A DNA stretch of 63,956 nucleotides, filler included, from Acidimicrobiia bacterium (GTDB lineage: Bacteria; Actinomycetota; Acidimicrobiia; Spongiisociales; CAZKJJ01), in NCBI GenBank assembly GCA_046759765.1. It is 3 parts of 3 records of this genome, joined end to end, with 100 filler letters (N's around TTAATTAATTAA, not from the genome) between each part and the next. Parts side by side here need not be neighbours in the genome. Positions count along the whole stretch, not along the records: positions 43,880 to 63,956 come from JBHICV010000030.1; 2 more parts are not named here. One strand, 5' to 3'. Shown one piece after another: positions 50,119 through 63,645 of the stretch. The translations under genes were made by a program, and so were the position numbers. Position 1 is the first letter of the stretch; the number at the start of each line of letters is the position of its first letter. Under the pieces are notes generated by a model. It saw nothing but the letters and a program-made list of their open reading frames with translations, was not told where the DNA came from and did no database searches.

Positions 50119-51248
50119 ATGTTGTATCTCGATCATGCGGCTACGACGCCTATGCGTCGCGAGGCGTGGGAGGCAATGGAGCCGTTCGCCGGGGATCTTT
50201 TCGGCAACTCGTCGGGCATACACGCGACCTCCCGTAAGGCGAAGGACGCTCTCGAGGAGGCGAGGGAACACTCCGCCGAGCTCATCGGCGCCGCTCCAGG
50301 CGAGGTGGTCTTTACGAGCGGTGGCACGGAAGCTGACAACCTGGCGATCAAGGGGAGAGCGTTGCTCGGCGGGGGGCGAAAAGCGATCGTTACGTCCGCG
50401 GTCGAGCACGATGCGGTGCTCGAGAGCGCTCGCTTCTGCGAGGTTCTCGGCTGTCGAGTGGACATTGCTCCGGTCGACGGGTGGGGACGGGTCGATCCCG
50501 AGCGGATGGCTCATCTGGTGGACGAGGAAACGGCAGTCGTCTCCTTGATGACGGCCAACAACGAAACGGGAGTCATCGAACCGGTGTCGGAGATGGCCGA
50601 AGCCGCCAAGGCCCGGGCTGCCGGCGTCGTCGTTCACACCGACGCGGTGCAGGCGTTCGTGTCTACCGAGATCGACGTGGAACGGCTGAATGTCGACATG
50701 CTCTCGCTGGCGGCGCACAAGTTTGGCGGACCCAAGGGCGTAGGCCTTCTCTACGTCAAAGACGGCGTGGACCTCGAGCCCGTGGCTCACGGCGGCGGAC
50801 ACGAGTTCGGCCGGAGATCGGGAACGCACAACGTCATGGGCGCGGTCGGAATGACTGCGGCGATGAGCGTCGCCGCCAAGGATCGAGACCGATTCCAGGC
50901 GGACGTCTCGGAAGCCCGGGCTCGGTTCGAGAGCCATCTCCGCGCGGGTAGGCCGGACGTCGAGCTGACCGTTCCGCCGGACTCGCGCCTCGTGCAGCAC
51001 TCTCATGTTCGCATCCCGGGAGTGCAGAACGACACGCTGCTGATCAAGCTCGACCAGGTCGGCTTGGCGGCCTCTTCGGCGTCGGCATGCCAGAGCGGCG
51101 CCGTTTCGGTCTCCCACGTGCTGCGCGCCATGGGTTTCACAGGTGAACGCGCTCGAGAGTGCATCCGCTTCACGTTCGGGTGGACTACCAGACCCGACGA
51201 CGGCACCACTGCCGCGGCTCTCGTGCTCGAGGCGCTGGAGAGGATTGG

Positions 51249-51252
<4 letters not shown>
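50119..51252 (+). CDS. iscS: Cysteine desulfurase (IscS/NifS type)
   Basis: YLDHAATTP, TSGGTE, NNETG, HTDAVQ, AHKFGGPKG, SASAC. Confidence 0.9.
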
Positions 51253-54340
<3,088 letters not shown>

Positions 54341-54348
54341 GAGAACGC

Positions 54349-54398
54349 GTTCGTGTCAATCTCAGCCGCGGAAAGCGCGGCTCATATTGACAGGAAAC
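54349..54398. repeat. Dispersed palindromic repeat, copy 2 (between convergent genes; possible terminator)
   Basis: tgtcaat-ctca-gccgcg-gaaag-cgcggc-tcat-attgaca. Confidence 0.85.
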
Positions 54399-54794
54399 TC
54401 AGAAGGAGAAGAAGCTCCAGTCATACGACCCCGTGTCGGTTAGGCCCACCGTCGTGTTCCAGAGGATTCGGACCGCGTGCTCGCCGCGGCTCCATTGCTC
54501 GAAGAGCCGATTGGGGCCCGGCCGCCAGGAGTGGACGCCCGTTGCTGCCACGACGACGAGCTCGGCGTCGGGTATTTCCACGCCGTCGATGAACAGCTCC
54601 AGGTCATATCCGGGCAGCATGTCGACCTCGATGGGCGATTGCCTCTGCACCGAGTCACCGGGTCTCGGGCTGATGCTCTCCACGGGGTCCGGCAGAGGGA
54701 TTGCATCTCCTCCTATCGATCCAAAGGCGATGCCGAGGGCGACCACGGCCACTAGGGCCAGAGCCAGACCGGTGTAGATGAGCCGGTAGTTCAC
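54399..54794 (-). CDS. Hypothetical membrane-anchored protein with a beta-rich domain
   Basis: N-terminal TM; TACAAT 7 nt before GTG. Confidence 0.6.
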   Translation of the reverse strand: MNYRLIYTGLALALVAVVALGIAFGSIGGDAIPLPDPVESISPRPGDSVQRQSPIEVDMLPGYDLELFIDGVEIPDAELVVVAATGVHSWRPGPNRLFEQWSRGEHAVRILWNTTVGLTDTGSYDWSFFSF

Positions 54795-54856
54795 CGGCTG
54801 GATTGTATGAAGTATGACCTCGCTACCTCCTCAGACCGCGCTAGTAGCGTGACCTC

Positions 54857-55996
54857 GTGCGAACGAATCCGGTACTCGACGAGCTTGGCTCATACGCGAT
54901 CGCCGAGCTCCAGGAGAAGGCGCGGTTGCTGCGTTCCCAGGGAGAACCCGTTTTGGACTTCTCGATCGGCGACCCAATCGAGCCGACACCCGGGTTCATC
55001 CGCCATGCCGTTGCTGGTGCCGTTCCGGAGGTCTCCCAGTACCCAACGGTTCCCGGACTGCCGGAGCTCCGGCAGGCACTCGCCGGCTATGTAGAGCGCA
55101 GGCTCGGGATCGAGGTGGATCCGGAGTCCCAAGTGCTGCCCACCTCAGGCTCGAAGGAGGCCATCTTCTCGGCCGCGATGGCGTTCTGCAGTGAGGGCGA
55201 CCTGGTGGTTTGGCCCAGCCCGGGTTATCCAATCTATGAGCGAGGTGCGCGGCTGACTGGCTCAGCGACGCACACGGTCCAGCTGACAGGCGACTTCGTG
55301 TTGACCCCCGAACAGATCCCGGCCGAGATCTGGGGTCGGGCCCGTCTGCTGTGGATCAACTACCCGCACAACCCGACCGGTGCCGTCGCCTCCCGCTCAG
55401 CTCTCGAGTCGCTGTATCGGGCCAGCCGCGAGCACGGCACGTTGCTGTGCACAGACGACTGCTATCTGGATATCTACGAGGGAGATACTCCTGCCTCGGC
55501 GCTGCAGGTTGCCGACCAGGGATTCACAGGGATGCTCTCCTTTCTCAGCCTGTCGAAGCGATCCGGGATGACGGGATATCGCAGTGGAGCCATCATCGGT
55601 GATGCCGACGCCATCGCCGCCCTTCGGTTGCTCCGCACGTCCACGGGGACCGCGCCACCGGAGTTCGTACAGGCCGGCGCCATCGAAGCCTGGAGCGACG
55701 ATGATCACGTCTCGGAACGGCGCAAGGTCTTTGCCGAGAAGCGAGGGGTGCTGCGCGCCGCGTTCGAGTCCATCGGCTTGGAGGTGATCGCGTCAAAGGC
55801 GGCGATTTATCTGTGGGTTGCCGTCCCCGACGAAGTCGCTGCGGCCGATCGGCTGTTGGCTCAGAACGTGGTCGTCTCACCGGGCCACACCTTCGGACCA
55901 GGAGGAGAGGGTTTCCTACGGCTTGCCCTGGTTCCCTCGTTCGAGCAGTGCGAAGAGGCGGCAGGGATTCTGAAGGAATGTCTGACCGGGATCTGA
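54857..55996 (+). CDS. dapC: Class I/II aminotransferase, probably N-succinyl-diaminopimelate aminotransferase
   Basis: GSKEA, NYPHNPTG, DDCY, SLSKRSGMTGYR; in an operon with dapD and dapE. Confidence 0.8.
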   Translation: MRTNPVLDELGSYAIAELQEKARLLRSQGEPVLDFSIGDPIEPTPGFIRHAVAGAVPEVSQYPTVPGLPELRQALAGYVERRLGIEVDPESQVLPTSGSKEAIFSAAMAFCSEGDLVVWPSPGYPIYERGARLTGSATHTVQLTGDFVLTPEQIPAEIWGRARLLWINYPHNPTGAVASRSALESLYRASREHGTLLCTDDCYLDIYEGDTPASALQVADQGFTGMLSFLSLSKRSGMTGYRSGAIIGDADAIAALRLLRTSTGTAPPEFVQAGAIEAWSDDDHVSERRKVFAEKRGVLRAAFESIGLEVIASKAAIYLWVAVPDEVAAADRLLAQNVVVSPGHTFGPGGEGFLRLALVPSFEQCEEAAGILKECLTGI

Positions 55997-56784
55997 TCGA
56001 AGCCGCCTTCCACGACCTGGATCGTCTCCCGGAGGCGACCGACGCGGTAGAGCGGACGATCGCGGCGCTCGATGAGGGCCGGCTCCGAGTGGCGGAGCGC
56101 ATCGGAGGGGCGTGGACCGTCAACGACTGGGTGAAGCAGGCCATTCTCCTCTACTTCCGTTTGGCTCGGGTCGAGACCCTCGAGTCGGGGCCGTTCGAGT
56201 ATCACGACCAGATTCCCACCAAGCAGGGCCTCGCTTCGGCGGGTGTGCGGGTGGTGCCGCCCGGCTCGGTTCGTTACGGAGCCTTCCTGGAGCCAGGCGT
56301 GGTCGTCATGCCGGCGTTTGTGAACATCGGCGCCTACGTGGGAGAGGGATCGATGGTTGACACCTGGGCGACCGTGGGCTCCTGCGCGCAGATCGGGCGC
56401 GGCGTCCATCTGTCGGGCGGCGTGGGCATAGGGGGCGTACTCGAGCCTCCTGCAGCCCAGCCTGTGATAGTGGAGGACGGCGCCTTCGTGGGGTCACGGT
56501 CGATACTCGTCGAAGGCGTGCTCATCGAAGAAGAAGCCGTTATCGCGGCCAACGTGTCCATCACGTCCAACACGCCGATCATCGATGTCTCCGGCCCGGA
56601 GCCTGTCGAGCATCGGGGAAGGGTCCCGCCCCGTTCCGTGGTCGTACCGGGAACCCGCCCGAAGGAATTCCCCGCCGGTTCCTATGAGGTGCAAGCCGCA
56701 CTGATCATCGGACAGCGAAAGGAAAGTACGGACCGCAAGACCTCACTCAACGAGGCGCTTCGTACCTTCGAGGTTTCCGTGTGA
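55978..56784 (+). CDS. dapD: Tetrahydrodipicolinate N-succinyltransferase
   Basis: WVKQAILL, VNIGAYV, MVDTWATVGSCAQIG, GGVLEP. Confidence 0.95.
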   Translation: MSDRDLIEAAFHDLDRLPEATDAVERTIAALDEGRLRVAERIGGAWTVNDWVKQAILLYFRLARVETLESGPFEYHDQIPTKQGLASAGVRVVPPGSVRYGAFLEPGVVVMPAFVNIGAYVGEGSMVDTWATVGSCAQIGRGVHLSGGVGIGGVLEPPAAQPVIVEDGAFVGSRSILVEGVLIEEEAVIAANVSITSNTPIIDVSGPEPVEHRGRVPPRSVVVPGTRPKEFPAGSYEVQAALIIGQRKESTDRKTSLNEALRTFEVSV

Positions 56785-57836
56785 GCAGCCTCTCGGACAC
56801 GCTTCTGGACCTGGTTCGGATTAAGAGTGTGACCGGCGACGAAGGTCGGCTGGTAACCACTATCTCGGAACGGCTGTTTCAGTCTGTCGGTCGGGAGGCG
56901 ACCGAGCGCATCGGCAACAATCTCATAGTCGGGCGGCGCACCGGGAAACGGCTGCTACTGCTTGTCGGGCATCTCGACACGGTCCCCGCGCAGGTAGACC
57001 GTGCGCCCTACATCGAAGGCGATCTCCTCTTCGGCCTGGGCGCATCAGATATGAAGTCGGGCCTGGCCGTGATGATCCATCTCCTCGAAGACCCGGACAT
57101 CGTCGCGGGGCCATACGACGTCGTGGGTGTGTTCTATGACAGGGAAGAGGGGCCGGCTGAGGACAATGGGCTGGCCATCCTTCTTCGGGAGGGACCCTGG
57201 CTAACCGAAGCTGAGTTCGCAGTCGTGTTGGAGCCGACCGGACTGGAGATCCAGCTCGGATGTGTAGGTGGGATCAACGCTCGAGTCGCCTTCACCGGCT
57301 CTTCGGCGCACAGCGCACGCCCCTGGCTGGGCGAGAACGCGATTACCCGAGCGGGGGAGTGGCTGGCCTCCCAACACCGACGCCGGCGCGTGCCCGTGGA
57401 CGTCTCCGGCCTCGAGTTCTACGAGGTCGCAACAGTGACCGTGGCGGAGGGCGGAATCGCAACTAACGTCGTGCCGCCTCGATTCGAGATCAACGTCAAC
57501 TATCGGTTCGCACCCAACATGACCTTGGACGAAGCCGAGGACAAGCTGAGGGAGCTACTGGACGGGGTCGATGAAGTGGAGATTTTGGACCAGGCTCCGC
57601 CCGGACCCGTTCCGGAGAACAACGAGCATCTCGATCGCCTGAAGTCACTGTCCGGAGCCTCGGTGGCGCCGAAGCAGGGCTGGACGGACGTGGCGCGGCT
57701 GGCACAGGTGGGAGTGGACGCGGTCAACTACGGTCCCGGCGACCCTGCTCAGGCGCACCAGGCTACCGAGAATGCACCGTTGGGTGCGATGGACGAGGCT
57801 TTCTCAGTGCTGAAGGAGCTGCTGACCGAGAGCTAG
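56781..57836 (+). CDS. dapE: Succinyl-diaminopimelate desuccinylase (M20 family)
   Basis: GHLDTV, GASDMKSG, EE, LEPT, HSARPW, GWTDVAR, GPGD..AH. Confidence 0.9.
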   Translation: MSSLSDTLLDLVRIKSVTGDEGRLVTTISERLFQSVGREATERIGNNLIVGRRTGKRLLLLVGHLDTVPAQVDRAPYIEGDLLFGLGASDMKSGLAVMIHLLEDPDIVAGPYDVVGVFYDREEGPAEDNGLAILLREGPWLTEAEFAVVLEPTGLEIQLGCVGGINARVAFTGSSAHSARPWLGENAITRAGEWLASQHRRRRVPVDVSGLEFYEVATVTVAEGGIATNVVPPRFEINVNYRFAPNMTLDEAEDKLRELLDGVDEVEILDQAPPGPVPENNEHLDRLKSLSGASVAPKQGWTDVARLAQVGVDAVNYGPGDPAQAHQATENAPLGAMDEAFSVLKELLTES

Positions 57837-59137
57837 GGCTCGAGCGGGTCGCCGTCGTCCACTTGCTCGAAAACGCGTTGGGCCTTCCCTACCTCTTGGC
57901 GCGGCATCGCCCCGGGGGGACGCAGCTCGACCTCGACTCGGATGCGCACTTGCTCCGCGAGACGATCCTGCAGGCGGCGGGCAATCTGGGGAGCTCTCGA
58001 GACGGCTTCCTCGCTCTTTAGCTCCGCCCTGGCTCGCAGCTCCGCCATCGTCCCCCGCCGGTCAACGATCAACGCGTACTGGCCGGCGACGTCCGGGTCG
58101 TCGAGTATCACCGACTCGACCTCGCGCGGGAAGACGTTGACGCCGCGGACAATGAGCATGTCGTCCGCCCGGCCTGCGATTCGCTCGATTCTTCGGAACG
58201 TGCGTCCACAGCTGCATGGCTCTTCGATCAGCCCGGTGATATCGCCGGTCCGATAGCGGAGAACCGGCTGTGCTTCCTTGGTCAGCGTGGTGAGAACGAG
58301 CTCGCCCTGTTGGCCGGCCGGCAGTGGCTCACCTGTCTCCGGGTCGACGATCTCCGGATAGAAGTGGTCCTCGAACACGTGGAGGCCGCGCTTCTCTTCC
58401 CTGCACTCCATTGCCACGCCGGGCCCGATCACCTCGGACAGCCCGTAGATGTCGCAAGCGTCGATTCCGCCCCAGGCGTCCTCGAGCTGGTTTCGATAAG
58501 CGTCAGACCAGGGCTCGGCGCCGAAGACTCCGTATCGGATCGTGATCTGGTCTTCTATCTCTTCCGCCCGGACGCGTTCGGCGAGCAGCATCCCAAAAGA
58601 CGGAGTGCACGCGATACCGGCCGCGCTGAGGTCGACGATGAGCTGTAGCTGGAGGCCGGGGTTGCCGCCAGAGGCGGGTACCGCGGTTGCCCCCAAGCGC
58701 TCAGCTCCGTAATGGAGGCCCAAGCCTCCGGTGAAGAGGCCGTACCCGTAGGCGATGTGAAAGACGTCCCCCGGGCCTCCGCCTGCGCATGCGATCGAGC
58801 GAGCGTTGACGTCGGCAAACACCGAAACGTCGGCGGCGGTGTAGGCGACGACCGTGGGCTTGCCCCGTGTTCCAGAGGAGGCGTGGACACGAACGGTGTC
58901 ATCCAAGGCGATGGCCAGCATGTCGAATGGATACGTGTCCCGCAGCTCGGCTTTGACAGTGAATGGAAGCTCCTCTATCTGCTCGATCGATTTCAGGTCC
59001 GGAGCGGTGGCGAGCTTCTCCTTCCAGTATGGGGTTTTGGAAGCCTTGAGCCGCGCCAGAAGCTCGGAGAGCCGCTCACCTTGGAGCGCTTGACGAGCTT
59101 TCCGGTCTTGAGTTTCGAGTTCCGGCTGGAAGAACAT
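57833..59137 (-). CDS. paaK: Phenylacetate--CoA ligase family
   Basis: HASSGT.GKP, YGYGLFTGG, GAEPWS, YGLSE, RYRTGD, GRADDM. Confidence 0.9.
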   Translation of the reverse strand: MFFQPELETQDRKARQALQGERLSELLARLKASKTPYWKEKLATAPDLKSIEQIEELPFTVKAELRDTYPFDMLAIALDDTVRVHASSGTRGKPTVVAYTAADVSVFADVNARSIACAGGGPGDVFHIAYGYGLFTGGLGLHYGAERLGATAVPASGGNPGLQLQLIVDLSAAGIACTPSFGMLLAERVRAEEIEDQITIRYGVFGAEPWSDAYRNQLEDAWGGIDACDIYGLSEVIGPGVAMECREEKRGLHVFEDHFYPEIVDPETGEPLPAGQQGELVLTTLTKEAQPVLRYRTGDITGLIEEPCSCGRTFRRIERIAGRADDMLIVRGVNVFPREVESVILDDPDVAGQYALIVDRRGTMAELRARAELKSEEAVSRAPQIARRLQDRLAEQVRIRVEVELRPPGAMPRQEVGKAQRVFEQVDDGDPLEP

Positions 59138-59172
59138 CGATGAGAGTTTGGCACGGCTGCTGGAATGGCGTC

Positions 59173-59562
59173 ATGACGCGGCTCGTGTTCCTGTGCACCC
59201 ACAATGCCGGCCGCTCCCAGATGGCCGCCGCGTGGGCACGCCACTTCGGAGGGGACGATCTCGAGGTCCTCTCCGGTGGCTCCGAGCCTGCCGCGGAGAT
59301 CAACCCCCACGCTGTGACTGCTATGGCCGAGGTCGGTATCGACATCTCGAAGGCAAAACCAACCCGGTTCACGGACGAGGACGTGCGTTCGGCTGAGCGC
59401 GTCGTCACGATGGGATGCGGCGATCAGTGCCCCGTGTTCCCCGGGGTCCGCTACGAGGACTGGGAAATCCCCGACCCCGCCGGTCGGGACCTGGATTTCG
59501 TGCGATCCGTGCGCGACACGCTCGAAGTCAGAGTGCGCGAGCTTCTCGAGTCGGCACTCTGA
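59173..59562 (+). CDS. arsC: Arsenate reductase ArsC (LMW-PTP fold)
   Basis: FLCTHNAGRSQMA, TMGCGDQCP, DW...DP. Confidence 0.9.
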   Translation: MTRLVFLCTHNAGRSQMAAAWARHFGGDDLEVLSGGSEPAAEINPHAVTAMAEVGIDISKAKPTRFTDEDVRSAERVVTMGCGDQCPVFPGVRYEDWEIPDPAGRDLDFVRSVRDTLEVRVRELLESAL

Positions 59563-59564
59563 GT

Positions 59565-59591
59565 GCAACCCTCGAGCTCTGCCCGGTGTTC
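59565..59591 (+). promoter_or_regulatory. Putative ECF-type promoter (GCAACC-N16-TGTTC) before the ECF sigma gene
   Basis: AAC-containing -35 and GT-containing -10 at ECF-like spacing, 9 nt before ATG 59601; no SD. Confidence 0.45.
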
Positions 59592-59600
59592 AATACTTCG

Positions 59601-60146
59601 ATGGAGCTAACAGCCCGGCTGGCGCGCGATGTTGACGAGGCGTACGCGGGTGTGATCGAAGAGCTGCAGCACGGTGTTTTCTCAACCGCACTCCAGTTGG
59701 TCCGCAACCGACATGATGCCGAGGACCTCACGCAGGAGACCTTCGTTCGGGTCTATCGGGCGCTGACCGGCTTCACGCCCGCCCGGATCCGAGATATGAG
59801 CCTCAAGTCCTACGTGTGGACGACCCTGATCAACTTGTCGCGGAACAGAGCCCGCTACGCCCGTCGCCATCCCGAGTTTCCGGCCGACGGCGAGGAGATT
59901 CCGAGCCGGATCGAGACTACGGAAGCGCCGGAGGACTGGGTCGAGGCGGAGCAGATATGGCGGCCGCGCCTTGCGCAGCTCTCGGAGCGCCAGCGCATGG
60001 CCGTGCTCTTGAGGCACGTGGCCGGGCTCTCGTACGCCGAGGTGGCCGAGACGCTGGAGGTTCCTGTGGGCACGGCCAAGGCAGACGTTCACCGCGGGTT
60101 GGAGCGTCTCAGGACAATGATCGAAGCCGAAGGAGCAGTCGCATGA
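59601..60146 (+). CDS. ECF RNA polymerase sigma factor
   Basis: Region 2 DAEDLTQETFVR; region 4 LSERQR..VLLR...GLSYAEVA..L..PVGT. Confidence 0.93.
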   Translation: MELTARLARDVDEAYAGVIEELQHGVFSTALQLVRNRHDAEDLTQETFVRVYRALTGFTPARIRDMSLKSYVWTTLINLSRNRARYARRHPEFPADGEEIPSRIETTEAPEDWVEAEQIWRPRLAQLSERQRMAVLLRHVAGLSYAEVAETLEVPVGTAKADVHRGLERLRTMIEAEGAVA

Positions 60147-60718
60147 TTACCGAATTGGAGCAGCTCTACGTCGAAGCTCCCGAGTCGTTGATGACCCGAG
60201 TGCTTGTGGACACGGGATTGGCCGACGGCTACGTGTCCCGCCCGAGCGGCATCGGTGACGTGTGGATCGCATTCAACGGCAACGGTGTCTCCGCCTGTTT
60301 TCCCACGGACTTCGTCGAGAGCGTCGAGGACTACTTGGGAGAGATGACTGGTCGCGAGGCCTTCCCTGCCGAGATGCCGAAGCGGCTGGCCGGGCGGGTC
60401 GATCAGGCCCTGGCGAGCGGCAGGGCCCAAGATGTTCCCTTCGACCTTCGGGGGGTGAGTCCCTTCCAGCGGGCCGTGCTCCGGAAGACCACGGAGATCC
60501 CTCCGGGTGAGGTCAGGCCGTACGGCTGGGTAGCCCGCGAGATCGGCAAGCCCAAAGCGGTCCGAGCGGTCGGCACGGCCCTGGCTCGTAATCCCGTGCC
60601 CGTACTCATTCCATGTCACCGAGTGGTTCGGTCTGACGGCACTGTCGGCCAGTACGCGTATGGCTCGGAGCGGAAGAAGGCGATACTTCGGTCGGAGGGC
60701 GTTGAAACTACCGTATAG
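60143..60718 (+). CDS. ogt: Methylated-DNA--protein-cysteine methyltransferase with anti-sigma-like N-terminal helix
   Basis: PFQRAVL, IPPGEVRPY, AVRAVGTA, NPVPVLIPCHRV; ATGA overlap with the sigma gene. Confidence 0.88.
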   Translation: MITELEQLYVEAPESLMTRVLVDTGLADGYVSRPSGIGDVWIAFNGNGVSACFPTDFVESVEDYLGEMTGREAFPAEMPKRLAGRVDQALASGRAQDVPFDLRGVSPFQRAVLRKTTEIPPGEVRPYGWVAREIGKPKAVRAVGTALARNPVPVLIPCHRVVRSDGTVGQYAYGSERKKAILRSEGVETTV

Positions 60719-60746
60719 GTAGGTCAACAAGAACGGATCGCCGCCG

Positions 60747-61838
60747 ATGGGAAGCGGCCTCTACTACAGCGACTACCTGCACCTCGACAAGCTGCTCGGG
60801 GCCCAGGACCGAGAGAGCGCCCGCAAGGGCGAGCCGGCCCATGACGAGATGCTCTTCATCGTCGTGCATCAGGCCTACGAGCTCTGGTTCAAGCTGGTGC
60901 TGTTCGAGCTCGAGTCGGTGATCGAGATCATGGACCGCAGCTTCGTGGACGACGATGACATGGGCCGCGTCGTCCAGCGGCTCCGTCGCATCATCGAGAT
61001 CCAACGTCTCCTCCAGCCGCAGCTGGACATCCTCGAGACGATGACGCCGCTGGACTTTCTGGACTTCAGGGACCATCTCGTACCCGCCTCCGGGTTTCAG
61101 AGCTGGCAGTTCCGGCTCATCGAGAACCGCCTCGGTATTCGCCCGGAGCGGCGGATACAGATCGACGGCGCCTCTTATACGTCCCGCCTCTCGGCCGAAC
61201 ATCGGGCGCTGCTCGAGCAGTCCGAGCAGGAGACGTCTCTCTTCGATGTTGTGGAAAGCTGGCTGGGCAGGACCCCATTTCTCCACTTCGGGCAGTTCGA
61301 CTTCTGGCACGAGTACCGCAAAGCGGTAGAGGGCATGCTGGCCTCGGACCGCGCCGTGATAACGACCAACCCGAGCCTTTCTGCCGAGCAGCGGGAGGCT
61401 CAGCTAGCCGTTTTCGATTCTTCTGCGGCCCATTTCGACACTCTTTTCGACGCCGACCGCTATAAGGAGCTCAAGGACGCGGGAGTTCGCCACCTGTCCC
61501 ATGAGGCCTTCCTCGCCGCTCTGCTGATCAACCTCTACCGGGATGAGCCGATTCTCCAGCTTCCCTTCCGGCTCCTCCAGAGCCTGATGGATATCGACGA
61601 GGGCTTCACGTCGTGGCGTCATCGCCACGCCCTCATGGTCTCGCGGATGATCGGCTCGAAGATCGGAACCGGGGGTACCAGTGGCTTTGAGTATCTCCGT
61701 TCCACCACCGAGCAGTACAACGTGTTCAGCGACCTCTTCGAGCTCTCGACCTTTCTGCTCCCGCGGTCGGGCGTTCCCAAGCTGCCTCCCGACGTGCGGG
61801 AGAAGATGGCTTTCCGGTTCGAAGGACCCGAGGGCTAG
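60747..61838 (+). CDS. kynA: Tryptophan 2,3-dioxygenase (long form)
   Basis: [50 protein letters not shown]. Confidence 0.93.
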   Translation: MGSGLYYSDYLHLDKLLGAQDRESARKGEPAHDEMLFIVVHQAYELWFKLVLFELESVIEIMDRSFVDDDDMGRVVQRLRRIIEIQRLLQPQLDILETMTPLDFLDFRDHLVPASGFQSWQFRLIENRLGIRPERRIQIDGASYTSRLSAEHRALLEQSEQETSLFDVVESWLGRTPFLHFGQFDFWHEYRKAVEGMLASDRAVITTNPSLSAEQREAQLAVFDSSAAHFDTLFDADRYKELKDAGVRHLSHEAFLAALLINLYRDEPILQLPFRLLQSLMDIDEGFTSWRHRHALMVSRMIGSKIGTGGTSGFEYLRSTTEQYNVFSDLFELSTFLLPRSGVPKLPPDVREKMAFRFEGPEG

Positions 61839-61885
61839 CCGCCTCTTCGGGTCAGCGACAGCAGGCTCACCTCTACACTCGGCCC

Positions 61886-62179
61886 GTGCCCATCGACATC
61901 GATATCGCCTATGTGGCGCGTCTGGCGCGGCTGCAGCTCGACGCCGACGAGCTGGACTTTTACGGGACTCAGCTGGAGGTGATCCTGGAGCACGCGGCGC
62001 AGATACAGGCGCTGGCCACCGACGATGTGCCACCGACCTCCCATGCGCTGCCGGTTGTCAACGCGTTCAGGGACGACGAGCTCGTCCCCTCGCTCGATCG
62101 CGACGAGGTGCTCTCGCAAGCACCGCAACAGGAGGACGGATACTTCCGCGTTCCGCCGACGTTGGAGGAAGAGCAGTGA
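61886..62179 (+). CDS. gatC: Asp/Glu-tRNA amidotransferase subunit C
   Basis: VARLARL, N.FR.D, AP...DGYFRVP. Confidence 0.93.
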   Translation: MPIDIDIAYVARLARLQLDADELDFYGTQLEVILEHAAQIQALATDDVPPTSHALPVVNAFRDDELVPSLDRDEVLSQAPQQEDGYFRVPPTLEEEQ

Positions 62180-63645
62180 CGGCTCCCGCCGACCTCACGG
62201 TGGCCGAGGTCGGTGACGCGCTCCGGGCTGGGGAGCTCTCGGCTGTGGATTTGCTCGACTCCGTGAGCCAAAGGGCGGCCGTGACAGAGGCCGAGCTTCA
62301 TTCGTTTCTCCACATCGATCACGACGGGGCCCGGCAGGCGGCCGAGCGCGCCGATAAGGAGCTCGCCGCCGGGGAGGACCGGGGACCCCTGCACGGTATC
62401 CCGATGGCGATCAAGGACAACATGACGACCAGGGGTATTGCGACGACCTGCGCCTCGCAGATCCTCGAGGGATACGTGCCTCCTTACGACGCCACAGTGG
62501 TCAAGCGGCTCCGAGAGGCCGGGGCGATCATCTTCGGCAAGGCCAACCTCGACGAGTTCGCAATGGGCTCGTCTACCGAGAACTCGGGCTACGGACCCAC
62601 CCGCAACCCCTGGGACACCTCCCGCGTTCCCGGAGGATCCTCGGGCGGGGCGGCGGCGGCGGTGGCCGCCGGCAGCGCCCTCGCCGCGCTCGGCTCGGAT
62701 ACCGGAGGCTCCATCCGTCAGCCGGCATCGCTTTGCGGGGTCGTCGGTATGAAGCCGACGTACGGTCTCGTGTCTCGTTACGGCCTCGTGGCATTCGCCT
62801 CCTCTCTCGATCAGATCGGCCCGCTGGCCAAAACCGTCGAGGACTCGGCTCGGGTGCTCGCCGCGGTGGCGGGTCATGACCCGTGCGACGCCACCTCGTA
62901 TTCAGGCGATACACCGGATTTCCTGACGGGCATGATGGAAGGCGTCGCCGGGTTGCGCGTCGGCGTCGTGCAGGAGCTCGCCGGCGAGGGCATCGATCCC
63001 GAGGTGAAGGCCAGCCTGGATGGGACAATCGCGGCACTGGCCAGCGCCGGCGCCGAGGTGAGCCAGGTGTCTCTCCCGGCCATCGCTCACGCGCTCTCTG
63101 CCTACTACCTGATCGCGCCGGCCGAGTGCTCGGCCAACCTGGCCCGTTTCGACGGAGTCCGCTACGGGCTGCGGGTCGACGGATCCTCGGTGGAGGACAT
63201 GATGGGTCGGACGCGGGCGGCGGGATTTGGTCCCGAGGTAACTCGCCGAATCCTGCTTGGCACTTATGCGCTTTCGGCCGGTTACTACGACGCCTTCTAC
63301 GGACAGGCCCAGAAGGTGAGGACGCTGGTCATATCCGACTTCGAGCGCGCCTATGAGTCGTCTGACGTGCTGGTATCGCCGACGAGCCCGACGACTGCCT
63401 TCGAGCTGGGAGCGCGCACCGAGGATCCCCTCTCGATGTATTTGAGCGACATCTGCACCATCCCATCGAACCTGGCCGGCTCTCCGGCGATCTCGGTTCC
63501 GGTCGGACTCGATGCCCGTGGGCTTCCGATCGGGTTTCAGGTGATGGCCCCGCCTCTAGGCGAAGGGGCGATGTTTCGGTGCGCGGCGGCCGTGGAAGGG
63601 CTTGCCGCCTTCAGCGCTCGCCCACCGTTGGTGGAAGCGGCGTGA
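62176..63645 (+). CDS. gatA: Asp/Glu-tRNA amidotransferase subunit A
   Basis: [35 protein letters not shown] overlap. Confidence 0.96.
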   Translation: MTAPADLTVAEVGDALRAGELSAVDLLDSVSQRAAVTEAELHSFLHIDHDGARQAAERADKELAAGEDRGPLHGIPMAIKDNMTTRGIATTCASQILEGYVPPYDATVVKRLREAGAIIFGKANLDEFAMGSSTENSGYGPTRNPWDTSRVPGGSSGGAAAAVAAGSALAALGSDTGGSIRQPASLCGVVGMKPTYGLVSRYGLVAFASSLDQIGPLAKTVEDSARVLAAVAGHDPCDATSYSGDTPDFLTGMMEGVAGLRVGVVQELAGEGIDPEVKASLDGTIAALASAGAEVSQVSLPAIAHALSAYYLIAPAECSANLARFDGVRYGLRVDGSSVEDMMGRTRAAGFGPEVTRRILLGTYALSAGYYDAFYGQAQKVRTLVISDFERAYESSDVLVSPTSPTTAFELGARTEDPLSMYLSDICTIPSNLAGSPAISVPVGLDARGLPIGFQVMAPPLGEGAMFRCAAAVEGLAAFSARPPLVEAA

